DNA of 50,058 nt, taken from a bacterium. GTDB lineage: Bacteria; Bacillota_I; Bacilli_A; RF39; UBA660. A program made the position numbers and the translations under genes. The DNA is taken from contig JAUNFK010000004.1 in assembly GCA_030525085.1 (NCBI GenBank), positions 1 through 50,058 on the forward strand, written 5' to 3'. The notes under the pieces are model-generated. The model ran no database searches and had not been told where the DNA came from. It was given only the letters and a program-made list of their open reading frames with translations. Shown here in pieces: positions 33,276 to 42,628 of this stretch (positions are counted from its first letter, which is position 1; every line of letters starts with the position of its first letter).

Positions 33276-35891
33276 CTATTTGCTAACTTTATAATCTTTA
33301 AATAGTTTATTATAAACTGGTTTAAACATTTCCCCAATTATAAATGTTATAAGTAATACACCAAGAGTTATAAGTAGATTGGTTAAGCTTATGCCTTTTA
33401 CAATAAAGAATTTTGATAAACCTGTTGTTAGTACAATTATTTGAATTAATACTATAGCACCTACTCCTAAGCTTAGTCTTGTGTTATCAAAGAAGTGTTT
33501 ATTTATTACGGATTTTTTTAAGCTTCTGCATGAGAATGAGTATAGTAATTCGTTACCTATTAGGAAAATAAATAAAAGAGAACTAGCAACGTTTATGTTT
33601 GCTGTTTTTGCAAAGTATACATAAAGGCACATCATTACTATTGATTTAAATATTGCACCGATTACTATTTTTGCGGTTAAAAGCGGTGTGAAGAAGCTTT
33701 CTGACGATTTATTTGCTGGACTATTTTCCATGACATCATTTTCAGCTTTTTCAAATGCAAGCATTATTGCTGGGATAGAGTCAGTTACTAGGTTTAGCCA
33801 TAATAACTGAAGTGTGTTAAACATTTCCATATTCATAAGCATTGATGCAAATACTAAAATTACTTCAACTATGTTACCTGCTAGTAGGTATAAAATGACT
33901 TTTTTAATGTTAGCAGTAATTCTTCTTCCCTCTTCTACTCCGTCTACGATAGTTGAGAAACTATCATCTACTAAGATACAATCAGCTACTTTTTTAACTA
34001 CTTCGGTTCCGGTAATTCCCATTCCAATACCAATGTCGGCTTTTTGAATTGCTGGAGCGTCGTTTACTCCATCTCCTGTCATTGCTACAATATGACCTTG
34101 ACTTTGAAGAGCTTCGACTATTCTTAATTTAGCACTTGGAGATATTCTAGCGTATACTTGATAATATTCGACAGCTTTTTTTAGTTCATTATCTGTCATT
34201 TTATCAATGTCTTTGCCTTCAATAGCTTTGTCATCATTATCAATAATATTTACTTCTTTTGCTATTGCAATTGCTGTATTTATGGAGTCACCTGTAATCA
34301 TTATTGGTTTTAATCCCGCTTTGTTACATATTTGAATTGCGGATGTAACTGTTTCTCTAGGAGGGTCCATCATACCTATTAGACCAATAAAAGTCATGCT
34401 TTCTTCTGGATGCTCAATCATTTCATCTTTATAAGCAAAAGCTAATAGTCTAAGTGATTTTGCTGATAGTTGTTTTTCAATTTGAAATATTTTTTCTTTA
34501 TATTCTGGAGTTATTAACTCTACATTTCCATTTACTACATAGTGACTACATCTATTAATTACTGAATCTAAACTTCCTTTGGTAAAGGAATAGTTTTTTC
34601 CGTCTATGCTATTTATTGTACTCATCATTTTACGGTCTGAATCAAATGGGAATTCTTTGAGTCTTTCAATTTTTTTGCTTGCCAGGAAGTCGTTATTTTC
34701 CAAGTACTTATAGATTGATACTTCGGTTTCATCTCCCATATAATTATCATTATTTTTTTGAACATTATGGCAGCATCCTGCGCAAAGCGTTAGCAGTTCA
34801 CTATTTGTGATACTTTCGTGATCATTATATAAATGATCGTTTACATAAACGGCTTTTACTAACATTTTATTTTGAGTTATTGTGCCGGTTTTATCAGAAC
34901 AGATTATATCTGTTGAACCAAGAGTTTCTACGGATGCCATTTTTCTTATTATTACATTTCGTTTGGCCATTGCAGTCATTCCGAGGGAAAGAATTATTGT
35001 AATTATCGAAGATAGCCCTTCAGGAATTGCTGCTACTGCTAGGGATATTGATAGCATTAGAACATCGAAAAAGTCGTTTTTCATAAGTAATCCAGCAATA
35101 ATCATAACTACAATTATAGCTAGAATAATATACGTTAGAGTTTTACTTATGTGGTTTACTTTTTTTTGAAGTGGTGTTAGGTCACTTTTTTTATCTATAA
35201 GGCTTGTTGCTATTTTCCCAAGTTCTGTATTCATTCCTGTTGCACATACTAGGACAAATGCATGCCCATTTGTAACGTTACATCCTGCATAAACCATATT
35301 TTTTCTTTCATATAATTCTTTTTCAGTAGTTATATTTTCATTATCTTTTTTAATTGATTTTGATTCTCCAGTAAGTGTAGACTCATTAACTTCTAGGCCT
35401 TCTGATGTAATTACTCTGGCATCTGCTGATACATAGTCACCAGCTTCGAGTTCGATGATATCTCCTACTACTACATTTTTTACGTCTATAAGTTCTTTTA
35501 CACCGTTTCTTATAACGTAATTATTGGTTATAAACATTTTATTAAGCTCTTCAATGGCTGCATCCGCTTTCTTTTCTTGGATAAAGCTTAAAATAGCATT
35601 TATAACAACTATGACGATAATGATAATTGAGTCTACATAAGATTCATTTCGAATGTAAGAGACAATTGCTGAAAATATGGAAGCAACAATCAAAAGAATA
35701 ATCATAAAGTCATTAAACTGCTCTATAAAGAGTAATAAATTTGATTTTTTCTTTCTTTCTGTAAGCTTGTTTTCACCGTTTTTTAAAAGTCTTCTTTGAG
35801 CTTCTTCGTTAGTTAATCCTGTTTTAGGTGTTCCCATTTTTATGTAAAGATCTTCAACTGTTTCATTATAATAATTATTGTTGTTTTTCAT
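33276..35891 (-). CDS. P-type ATPase, Ca2+-transporting (P2A) type
   Basis: TGES, PEGL, DKTGT, DPPR, TGD, GDGVND, WLNLVTD. Confidence 0.95.
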   Translation of the reverse strand: MKNNNNYYNETVEDLYIKMGTPKTGLTNEEAQRRLLKNGENKLTERKKKSNLLLFIEQFNDFMIILLIVASIFSAIVSYIRNESYVDSIIIIVIVVINAILSFIQEKKADAAIEELNKMFITNNYVIRNGVKELIDVKNVVVGDIIELEAGDYVSADARVITSEGLEVNESTLTGESKSIKKDNENITTEKELYERKNMVYAGCNVTNGHAFVLVCATGMNTELGKIATSLIDKKSDLTPLQKKVNHISKTLTYIILAIIVVMIIAGLLMKNDFFDVLMLSISLAVAAIPEGLSSIITIILSLGMTAMAKRNVIIRKMASVETLGSTDIICSDKTGTITQNKMLVKAVYVNDHLYNDHESITNSELLTLCAGCCHNVQKNNDNYMGDETEVSIYKYLENNDFLASKKIERLKEFPFDSDRKMMSTINSIDGKNYSFTKGSLDSVINRCSHYVVNGNVELITPEYKEKIFQIEKQLSAKSLRLLAFAYKDEMIEHPEESMTFIGLIGMMDPPRETVTSAIQICNKAGLKPIMITGDSINTAIAIAKEVNIIDNDDKAIEGKDIDKMTDNELKKAVEYYQVYARISPSAKLRIVEALQSQGHIVAMTGDGVNDAPAIQKADIGIGMGITGTEVVKKVADCILVDDSFSTIVDGVEEGRRITANIKKVILYLLAGNIVEVILVFASMLMNMEMFNTLQLLWLNLVTDSIPAIMLAFEKAENDVMENSPANKSSESFFTPLLTAKIVIGAIFKSIVMMCLYVYFAKTANINVASSLLFIFLIGNELLYSFSCRSLKKSVINKHFFDNTRLSLGVGAIVLIQIIVLTTGLSKFFIVKGISLTNLLITLGVLLITFIIGEMFKPVYNKLFKDYKVSK

Positions 35892-35907
35892 AAATTACTC
35901 CTTTATT

Positions 35908-36087
35908 TTAAAATAAGAGATATGAAGCTACTAAAAGAGCTATAACACCTATTAAGCCGATTACGACTATAGTTATGGCAATATCCATAAATATGTAGTG
36001 AAAACTGCTATATAGCCTGCAACCACAGTTACGACAATAAATATCTTTTTCTTTTATGTTGTTTTTACAATTAATACATTTTTTCAT
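35908..36087 (-). CDS. Small zinc-ribbon membrane protein (59 aa); missed by the ORF track
   Basis: MKKCINCKNNIKEKDIYCRNCGCRLYSSFHYIFMDIAITIVVIGLIGVIALLVASYLLF*; GAGGT SD; CxxC-x10-CxxC plus C-terminal TM. Confidence 0.85.
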   Translation of the reverse strand: MKKCINCKNNIKEKDIYCRNCGCRLYSSFHYIFMDIAITIVVIGLIGVIALLVASYLLF

Positions 36088-36095
36088 AATACCTC

Positions 36096-37259
36096 TTATT
36101 GAAATTTAGCACTGATTGTTTCGATTATTTCAGCGCTAGTGTTTTTCATGTTTTCTCTGTGAAGATAGTAATCATGAACGGCTTCAGCAATCGTTTCATC
36201 AGCAATGATGCGGTCATTTTCATCCTTTACACTTGCATACTCCGAAATTGATTTGGCAAATTCATCTATGCTTTGTGATGTTCCATATTTTTGATTGTAG
36301 TTATTTAAACTTTCGGTTAGTAGATCGTATGAAAAGTCTCCACTATTTACTAAATTTAAAATACTTTCTATTTGCAATTCGTTATCTGGTGTAACAAATG
36401 TAATGTTATCTATGCCATTTTCTTGTAGAAGCAATTTAAATGAAAGGGCGTGGCCTAGTTCATGAGCAATGGTCGACTCCCAGGTAGCGTCATCGACATA
36501 CCAATTATCACCTACTACTGTGCTTAGATTTTTAGATGTCATGGTTTCATTTAAAAAATAGTAACTATTTAATAGAATTTGAGTTTTATTTACTTTGTTA
36601 TATAAATTGATATCAGCGTCTATGTTTACGAATTGGTATAGTGGCTGAAAATAGGCAATATAATCATTATTCTCATCTGCATTTGCAATAGTGATATTAG
36701 TAAGGCTTCCTTTTAAATTTGGAAATAAAGTATACATTTCTTCAATGACGTTGTTAATTTTTAACGCTTCATCGTAGTTTAAATCACAGAAACTTACGCT
36801 TGGTATTTCGTATGTCGTTTTTAGATTATATTCCAGCCTAGATACTTCATCTGAGTTTCCACAAAGCCAGTTTTGCATGCTAAAATCTTTTTCAATAAAT
36901 TCTATGGCACTTTCATAATTATTAATCGTTACTTCTTTATATTTGTTGTCTGTTTTCATTGTGGAAGTTCGGTAACCGTGAACATAATTTGAAATTTCTT
37001 TATTTAAATATATTACCGGTTTAAATAGGTCGTCTCCTCTAATTATGTATATTGTAACAAATAGGATTATGCCGAAACCTAAAAGGCCTAGCAGAACGCC
37101 AAATCTATTATTTTGTTTAGCTGCGCTTCCATTTAAGACTATATCTACGTTTTTTCTTTCTTTTAGAAAATTAAAGCCTTTTGCTGTCCAGTGTCCACAT
37201 TTCCAGCAAAAATTATCATCTTTTTCAATATTTTCTGCACTACAACGCATACATTTCAT
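36096..37259 (-). CDS. Zinc-ribbon, single-TM protein with C-terminal zincin metallopeptidase domain
   Basis: CMRC...CWKC N-terminus, TM GVLLGLLGFGIILFVTIYII, AHELGHAL and distal SEYA...DETIAEA. Confidence 0.8.
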   Translation of the reverse strand: MKCMRCSAENIEKDDNFCWKCGHWTAKGFNFLKERKNVDIVLNGSAAKQNNRFGVLLGLLGFGIILFVTIYIIRGDDLFKPVIYLNKEISNYVHGYRTSTMKTDNKYKEVTINNYESAIEFIEKDFSMQNWLCGNSDEVSRLEYNLKTTYEIPSVSFCDLNYDEALKINNVIEEMYTLFPNLKGSLTNITIANADENNDYIAYFQPLYQFVNIDADINLYNKVNKTQILLNSYYFLNETMTSKNLSTVVGDNWYVDDATWESTIAHELGHALSFKLLLQENGIDNITFVTPDNELQIESILNLVNSGDFSYDLLTESLNNYNQKYGTSQSIDEFAKSISEYASVKDENDRIIADETIAEAVHDYYLHRENMKNTSAEIIETISAKFQ

Positions 37260-37314
37260 TTTACTGCACCTCTTTTGTTTTTCCCTATCATATTCATTAT
37301 ATCATACATTATTA

Positions 37315-37340
37315 AAAAAACTCCATTGTTTGATGAAGTC
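37315..37340 (-). terminator. Probable intrinsic terminator after the 182-aa gene
   Basis: Minus strand GACTTCAT-CAAACA-ATGGAGTT plus T-run (two G-U pairs). Confidence 0.5.
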
Positions 37341-37349
37341 TTTGATTTA

Positions 37350-37898
37350 TTAATTGTAATATTTATTTCCTGATGAATCTGATTTTGTGGTGGTGCCATC
37401 TGAAAACATTTCTTCTCCAGCATAGTTAGTAATGCTATTATTAATGATGTTCCCATCTTTATCTTTATATATTGTGTTTCCAAGGCCATTATTAAATCCG
37501 GAGCCAGCATAATTTCCTTCTACATCTGTAAAGACTGTACTTCCATGACCATTTTCCATAGATGTGCCAATTATATTATCTGATTCATAATAGTATGTTG
37601 TCTTTCCTGAAACATCAGTAAATGATCTTGCTGCTTTTTTGTTTGATGTCTTTTTTGATTCGTTTGATTCTCCTATATTTATTGGATATGCGCCACTACT
37701 ATAGCTTTTTCCAGAATAACTAGAACTACCACTCCAAGCTCTGTAGATAAATAATGCAATTCCGCAGGTTAAAACTGTTGGCACTACAAGTAAGATTGTA
37801 GTCGATGTTTTTATTGGCATACATACTTTTTTAATTAATTTATATGCTCCAAGAGATATTATAATTATTACTAAAATGGTTATAATTGTTCCTTCCAT
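37350..37898 (-). CDS. Hypothetical membrane protein with Gly/Asn/Ser-rich repeats
   Basis: Two N-terminal hydrophobic segments; degenerate ~21-aa repeats (FTDVSG, FTDVEG, YKDKDG). Confidence 0.8.
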   Translation of the reverse strand: MEGTIITILVIIIISLGAYKLIKKVCMPIKTSTTILLVVPTVLTCGIALFIYRAWSGSSSYSGKSYSSGAYPINIGESNESKKTSNKKAARSFTDVSGKTTYYYESDNIIGTSMENGHGSTVFTDVEGNYAGSGFNNGLGNTIYKDKDGNIINNSITNYAGEEMFSDGTTTKSDSSGNKYYN

Positions 37899-37991
37899 TA
37901 TTTCACCTCTATTGTAGATTATAACAAAATTTTTATATTGTTTCTGTATTAATCTTGCCTAGCAATTGTTTCGCACAAAAAAGAGAGTTTT

Positions 37992-40415
37992 TTATTCCTC
38001 TCTTAATGTAGCTTTACATTTACGTTTTAATTCTTTGATGATTGAGTTCATTTTTTCGTTAATTTGTTCAGCAGTCATTGTTGTTTCTTTATTATCTATT
38101 GTAAATTTGAAGCTTATAGATTTTTGACCTTCAGGTATTTGATTTCCGCGATATTCTTCTATAAATGTAATTCCGTCTACTCTATTTTTTATAGTGTTTT
38201 CAATTTCTTTCCAAGTTATTTCTTCAGGTACTAAAACAGAAAGATCTTTTTCGACTGATGGTAATACTGGAATGTGTTTGAAGTTATTGGTTCTAGAGTC
38301 TAATGGTTCTAATTTATCTAAGTTTAATTCTAAAACAGCTACATTAGTACGTTTGATTTTTGCTGCGTTCATGGTTTTGATAGATAATAAACCAATTTCA
38401 CCAATTTTTTTGTTTTTAAGTAGAATATCTAAGTGTACGTTAATATCTGCCCATGAAGGTTTATCTCCTTGCTTTAGGGTAATATCTTCCATGTGAACAT
38501 ATCCGGCCATCATTTCAAGTACGCCTTTTAGTTCATAGAATATCTTTTGTGGCTCTTTACCAGTTATCGTTGCAATTAAATGCTTTTCTTGAATTGGTAG
38601 AGTTTCTTCTTCAGTTGATGGATGATATTCTCCTTTTTTAAATACTTCGGCAATTTCAAACATTTTAAATTCATTAAAGTAACGCAAATTGTTAGTAATA
38701 GCTTCTAATGAACCCGGCAATAATGATGTACGTAAGTATTTTTCACTTGGTGATGGAGGTGCTACTAGAGTTATATTTTCTTCTTTGTTTGCTCCAGATG
38801 CATCAATATATTTTTCATCTATCCATGGATATGTAAATATTTCATTAAAGCCACATCTTAATGCTAGATATTCTTTAATTCTTCTTTCTAGTGTATAGTC
38901 TCTTTGAAGTACAGCGTGATCAACACACATTGTAATTGGTACTGGTTCAAAGCTTTCAAAACTTAATAATCTTGCTATATCGCCCATTACGTCATCTTTA
39001 AGATATACATCACCCGTTGATCTCCATACAGGAACTGTTACATGATAATTGCCTTTGGCATATTCTACCTTATAACCTAAGTCAGTTAATACTCTTTCAA
39101 TTGTTTCTTTTGGTAGAATTTTACCTAGTCTAGTATTTAAAAATTCTTCTGGCACATCTATTATTTCATTTTCTGTTTTTATTGGATAGTTGTCTACAAA
39201 GGCAGTTATTTTACTTTCAGGGAAAATTTCTTTGAATAGTTCTAGCGCTAAGCTCAGACCATCGTCTACTCTTTGGGTATCAATATTTTTTTCATATCTA
39301 ATTGAAGCGTCTGTTTTTTCGTCAAATCTTTTACCAGTTTTTCTAATGCCTTTGGCAGTAAAGTTTGCTACTTCTAATACTACACTTGTTGTTTCAGGCA
39401 AAATTGAATCTTTGATACCGCCACGAATTCCTGCTAGAGCCATCGGTTCTTTTGTATCGCAGATTACTAGGTCGTCTTCTGTTAGTTCAATATAATTCTT
39501 ATCTAATAGTTCTAGTTTTTCTCCTTTTTGAGCATTTCTAACAACTATTTTATCACCTTCAACGTGAGTTTTATCAAAGGCATGTTCAGGTTGACCTGTT
39601 GCTATCATAACAAAGTTTGTGATATCTACGATAGCGTTTATTGGTCTACTACCAGTATTTATTAAAATAGCTTGCATCCATAGTGGTGATTGTTTAACAT
39701 CAACATTATCTATTTCTACAGCTGCATATCTTTGACATTTTTGAGATTCTTTGATTTCTACTTCATATTTTTTAATACCATCAGGCACTTTAAATTTTGG
39801 TAAAGGCTTTAAAGGAAGATGGTAAATAGCAGAAAGTTCTCTTGCTATTCCATAGTGTCCCCATAGGTCAGGTCTATTAGTTAGAGATTTATTATCTATT
39901 TCTAAGATGGTATCAGCAAGTTCTAAAACATCAGCGATATTTTGCCCTGGCTTACAGTCTATTCCTTTTAGATCTACTATTTCACGCTCGTCTTTTGGTG
40001 GGAACATGTCTTTTAGGAATATTTCAGTAGCACCACAAATCATTCCGAATGATGATTCTCCTCTTAGGTTTGATTTTTTTATTTTGACAAGTTCTCCTTC
40101 CCCATGCCAGTAAACTTCTGCTCCTGGTTTAGAGACAATTACTAATTCACCTTCATAAAGATTTGATCCACCGCAAACGATTTGTACTGGTTCTTCTTCA
40201 CCAATGTCAGTTATGCATAGTTTTAAGCTATCCGCATTTGGATGTTTTTTTATTTCTAGGATTTTACCTACGATGATATCATGAAATTTTTCGCTGGTAT
40301 TTTCTACGCTTTCTACTTCTACTGTTCTTAATGTTAAATCATAAGCTATTTGTTTATACGTTAATTCTTTTGGTAAATCTATATATTTTTTTACTAAATT
40401 TAGTGATACTCTCAT
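37992..40415 (-). CDS. pheT: Phenylalanine--tRNA ligase beta subunit (divergent)
   Basis: IKKHPNADSL, QIVCGGSN, LTNRPDLWGHYGIARE, DASIRYEK, LRTSLLPG, C-terminal anticodon-binding domain. Confidence 0.95.
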   Translation of the reverse strand: MRVSLNLVKKYIDLPKELTYKQIAYDLTLRTVEVESVENTSEKFHDIIVGKILEIKKHPNADSLKLCITDIGEEEPVQIVCGGSNLYEGELVIVSKPGAEVYWHGEGELVKIKKSNLRGESSFGMICGATEIFLKDMFPPKDEREIVDLKGIDCKPGQNIADVLELADTILEIDNKSLTNRPDLWGHYGIARELSAIYHLPLKPLPKFKVPDGIKKYEVEIKESQKCQRYAAVEIDNVDVKQSPLWMQAILINTGSRPINAIVDITNFVMIATGQPEHAFDKTHVEGDKIVVRNAQKGEKLELLDKNYIELTEDDLVICDTKEPMALAGIRGGIKDSILPETTSVVLEVANFTAKGIRKTGKRFDEKTDASIRYEKNIDTQRVDDGLSLALELFKEIFPESKITAFVDNYPIKTENEIIDVPEEFLNTRLGKILPKETIERVLTDLGYKVEYAKGNYHVTVPVWRSTGDVYLKDDVMGDIARLLSFESFEPVPITMCVDHAVLQRDYTLERRIKEYLALRCGFNEIFTYPWIDEKYIDASGANKEENITLVAPPSPSEKYLRTSLLPGSLEAITNNLRYFNEFKMFEIAEVFKKGEYHPSTEEETLPIQEKHLIATITGKEPQKIFYELKGVLEMMAGYVHMEDITLKQGDKPSWADINVHLDILLKNKKIGEIGLLSIKTMNAAKIKRTNVAVLELNLDKLEPLDSRTNNFKHIPVLPSVEKDLSVLVPEEITWKEIENTIKNRVDGITFIEEYRGNQIPEGQKSISFKFTIDNKETTMTAEQINEKMNSIIKELKRKCKATLREE

Positions 40416-40425
40416 TTTTATCCTC

Positions 40426-41463
40426 CTATTTAAATTGATTTAAGAATCTTAAATCTGCACTGTGGAATAGTCTTACGTCATCTACTCCATAACGCATCAT
40501 TACTAATCTATCTAGTCCAATGTTAATGTAAAATCCTGTCCATACGTCTGGGTCTAGATTTGCAGATTTTAGAACGTTAGGATGAATTACACCGCCTGGC
40601 ATAACTTCAATCCATCCATTGTGATTACATACTTTACAACCTTTGCCACCGCATACTAGGCATTCCATATCTATCTCGTATCCTGGTTCTGTAAATGGGA
40701 AGAAGCCTTCACGCATGCGGACATTTACTTTGCGGCCAAATACTTTTTCAAGAATTGTTTGAATCATGACCATTCCTGATGAGAATGAAATATTTTTATC
40801 TACAATAAGGGCTTCATATTGGAAGAAAGCTCTTTCATGTCTAGCATCAGTATTTTCGTTACGATAAACTCTTCCTGGATAAACGAATCTAGCTGGTGCA
40901 CCGTGTTTTAGAAGATATCTTACTGAGCCTCCAGTTAAATGTGGTCTTAGGCATAATCTTTCGTTGCCACTTTTTTCTTCAGTGCCCTCTAACCAGAATG
41001 TATCCATTGATTGTCTTGCTGGATGATCTTCTGGGAAGTTTAGATTGTCAAATGCAAATTTTTCACTACTGATGTCATCTTCACTGTAAACTTCAAAACC
41101 AAGTGATAAGAAAGCATCGTTAAGATCGTAGCACATTTGAGTAATTGGATGCATTGTTCCACCAAGTACTTTTGTTCCTGGAATAGTTAGGTCAAAGTTT
41201 TCGCTTACGACGCTTTTTGATTCAATTATTTCTTCTTCTTTTGTTTTTAGGGCGTCAGCAAATGAGGTTTTAGCGTCTGTAGCTAAGATACCTATTTCTT
41301 TTCTTTCGTCACCAGTTAAACTTCCTAGTGATTTTAAAACTTCGGCTAAAGCACTTTTTTTTCCGGTTAATTCTTTGCTTATTTCTTGCAATTCTTCTAA
41401 GGTTTTTGCATTATTAATTTTTTGTAAACCTTCGTCTTTTATTTGAGTTATTTTTTCTTTCAT
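40426..41463 (-). CDS. pheS: Phenylalanine--tRNA ligase alpha subunit (divergent)
   Basis: LNFPEDHPARQSMDTF, FPFTEP, C..C.G.GC..C Zn insert, GLDRL, DLRFLNQF; Phe T-box upstream. Confidence 0.95.
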   Translation of the reverse strand: MKEKITQIKDEGLQKINNAKTLEELQEISKELTGKKSALAEVLKSLGSLTGDERKEIGILATDAKTSFADALKTKEEEIIESKSVVSENFDLTIPGTKVLGGTMHPITQMCYDLNDAFLSLGFEVYSEDDISSEKFAFDNLNFPEDHPARQSMDTFWLEGTEEKSGNERLCLRPHLTGGSVRYLLKHGAPARFVYPGRVYRNENTDARHERAFFQYEALIVDKNISFSSGMVMIQTILEKVFGRKVNVRMREGFFPFTEPGYEIDMECLVCGGKGCKVCNHNGWIEVMPGGVIHPNVLKSANLDPDVWTGFYINIGLDRLVMMRYGVDDVRLFHSADLRFLNQFK

Positions 41464-41486
41464 TTCTTTTCATTCCTTTCTTAATT

Positions 41487-41705
41487 AAAAAAATAGTGAC
41501 CATCCATAAAGGACGAATCACTATTAATCCGCGGTACCACCTTTGTTCTAATAATTAGCACTCAATAGAATAACGCTCTTCACGATTTGGCTCCATTACT
41601 GAATTTCATTAACTGCCTTTCTATTGTAGCTTTCAGCCGGTGGCTACAAATTTCTTTTTGTAGAGTTTCAGTTAACTACTTGGATAACTTCTTTGCCAAT
41701 TAATT
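41487..41705 (-). ncRNA. T-box riboswitch leader with Phe (UUC) specifier
   Basis: Minus strand: GCTGAAAG stem I loop, specifier GAAA-TTC-A (TTC at 41601-41603), GCGTTA, T-box AAAGGTGGTACCGCG (41530-41544), terminator AATAGTGA/TCACTATT plus T-run. Confidence 0.93.
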
Positions 41706-41711
41706 AATGAT

Positions 41712-41740
41712 ATTATATAGCGTTTTTCTATCTTTGTCAA
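41712..41740 (-). promoter_or_regulatory. Consensus sigma-A promoter of pheST
   Basis: TTGACA-17 bp-TATAAT. Confidence 0.9.
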
Positions 41741-41783
41741 ACGGTAATTCATTTTTCAGAATTTAGAGATTACACCAAATATA

Positions 41784-42299
41784 TTAAATATACTTTAATA
41801 GTTTTTCTATAGTTTCATCTTTTGGTCTGCGATAACTTCGCTGAATAATATCCTTTTGTTTTTTATTTAAGAAAAAATCCAATAATAAATAATTTTTAGG
41901 TATAGACCTCATTTTCATTACTTTATTCTCAATATAATCACACATAAATAATTTACAAGATATATTAGGGTTAGTACATTTTTTATTTTTAAATAGGTTG
42001 CAAAATCCTTCGTTTCTAAAATAACAACAACCATTATTAGCGTGTACAGATTTACCAAGTCGATTAGCAATGCAGCGATCGCTCTTGAAATCACATAAAA
42101 CACAAACATTATTATCCAAATAGTCACACATATAATCGTATATTAACTCATATCTCTTTTTTGCATCCTTTGTATTAAAGGCCTCAATAAACACTTTTTC
42201 CTCATCACTAATTGGATTTGAATCTATCATTTCGCTAGTATCTTTAAATTTTTTTAATTTTTTATAATTATTTTTTCGATCTTTTTCACTTATTTTCAC
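41784..42299 (-). CDS. Cys-rich hypothetical protein (putative metal or Fe-S binding)
   Basis: GTG start with GGAGG SD; ten Cys, most clustered as CxxC...C...GCC...C...C...C...C. Confidence 0.75.
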   Translation of the reverse strand: MKISEKDRKNNYKKLKKFKDTSEMIDSNPISDEEKVFIEAFNTKDAKKRYELIYDYMCDYLDNNVCVLCDFKSDRCIANRLGKSVHANNGCCYFRNEGFCNLFKNKKCTNPNISCKLFMCDYIENKVMKMRSIPKNYLLLDFFLNKKQKDIIQRSYRRPKDETIEKLLKYI

Positions 42300-42567
42300 A
42301 CTATACCTCCATCACAAATTATTAGGGATATTATTTTAGAGTCCCCTTTTAACAAAAAAAATTTTAAACTATGTATATTGATATTATATTATAAAAAATT
42401 TTTAAAATCTATCTTACTTAAATATTGAAATGCAATTTATTAAAAGTAAAACCTGCCATATAAAACTTATATTAATATTTCAAAATAACGTATTTAAACA
42501 CCTAAATATTATTTTCATAAAGACAATTCCAATTCTTTAATTCAATTAATAAATTATATCCTAAAAT

Positions 42568-42600
42568 AAAAAAGTCAAGATTATGTTCGGAATCCTGACT
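42568..42600 (-). terminator. Intrinsic terminator after ppdK
   Basis: Minus strand AGTCAGGATT-8 nt-AATCTTGACT plus T-run. Confidence 0.8.
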
Positions 42601-42628
42601 TAATTTTATATTAACTTATTTATTGTTT

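Noticed and set aside
42300-42628. AT-rich intergenic region as a possible ncRNA, pseudogene or CRISPR array
   Set aside because: Only the ppdK terminator and very short ORFs were found; no repeats, tRNA structure or recognisable gene remnant.
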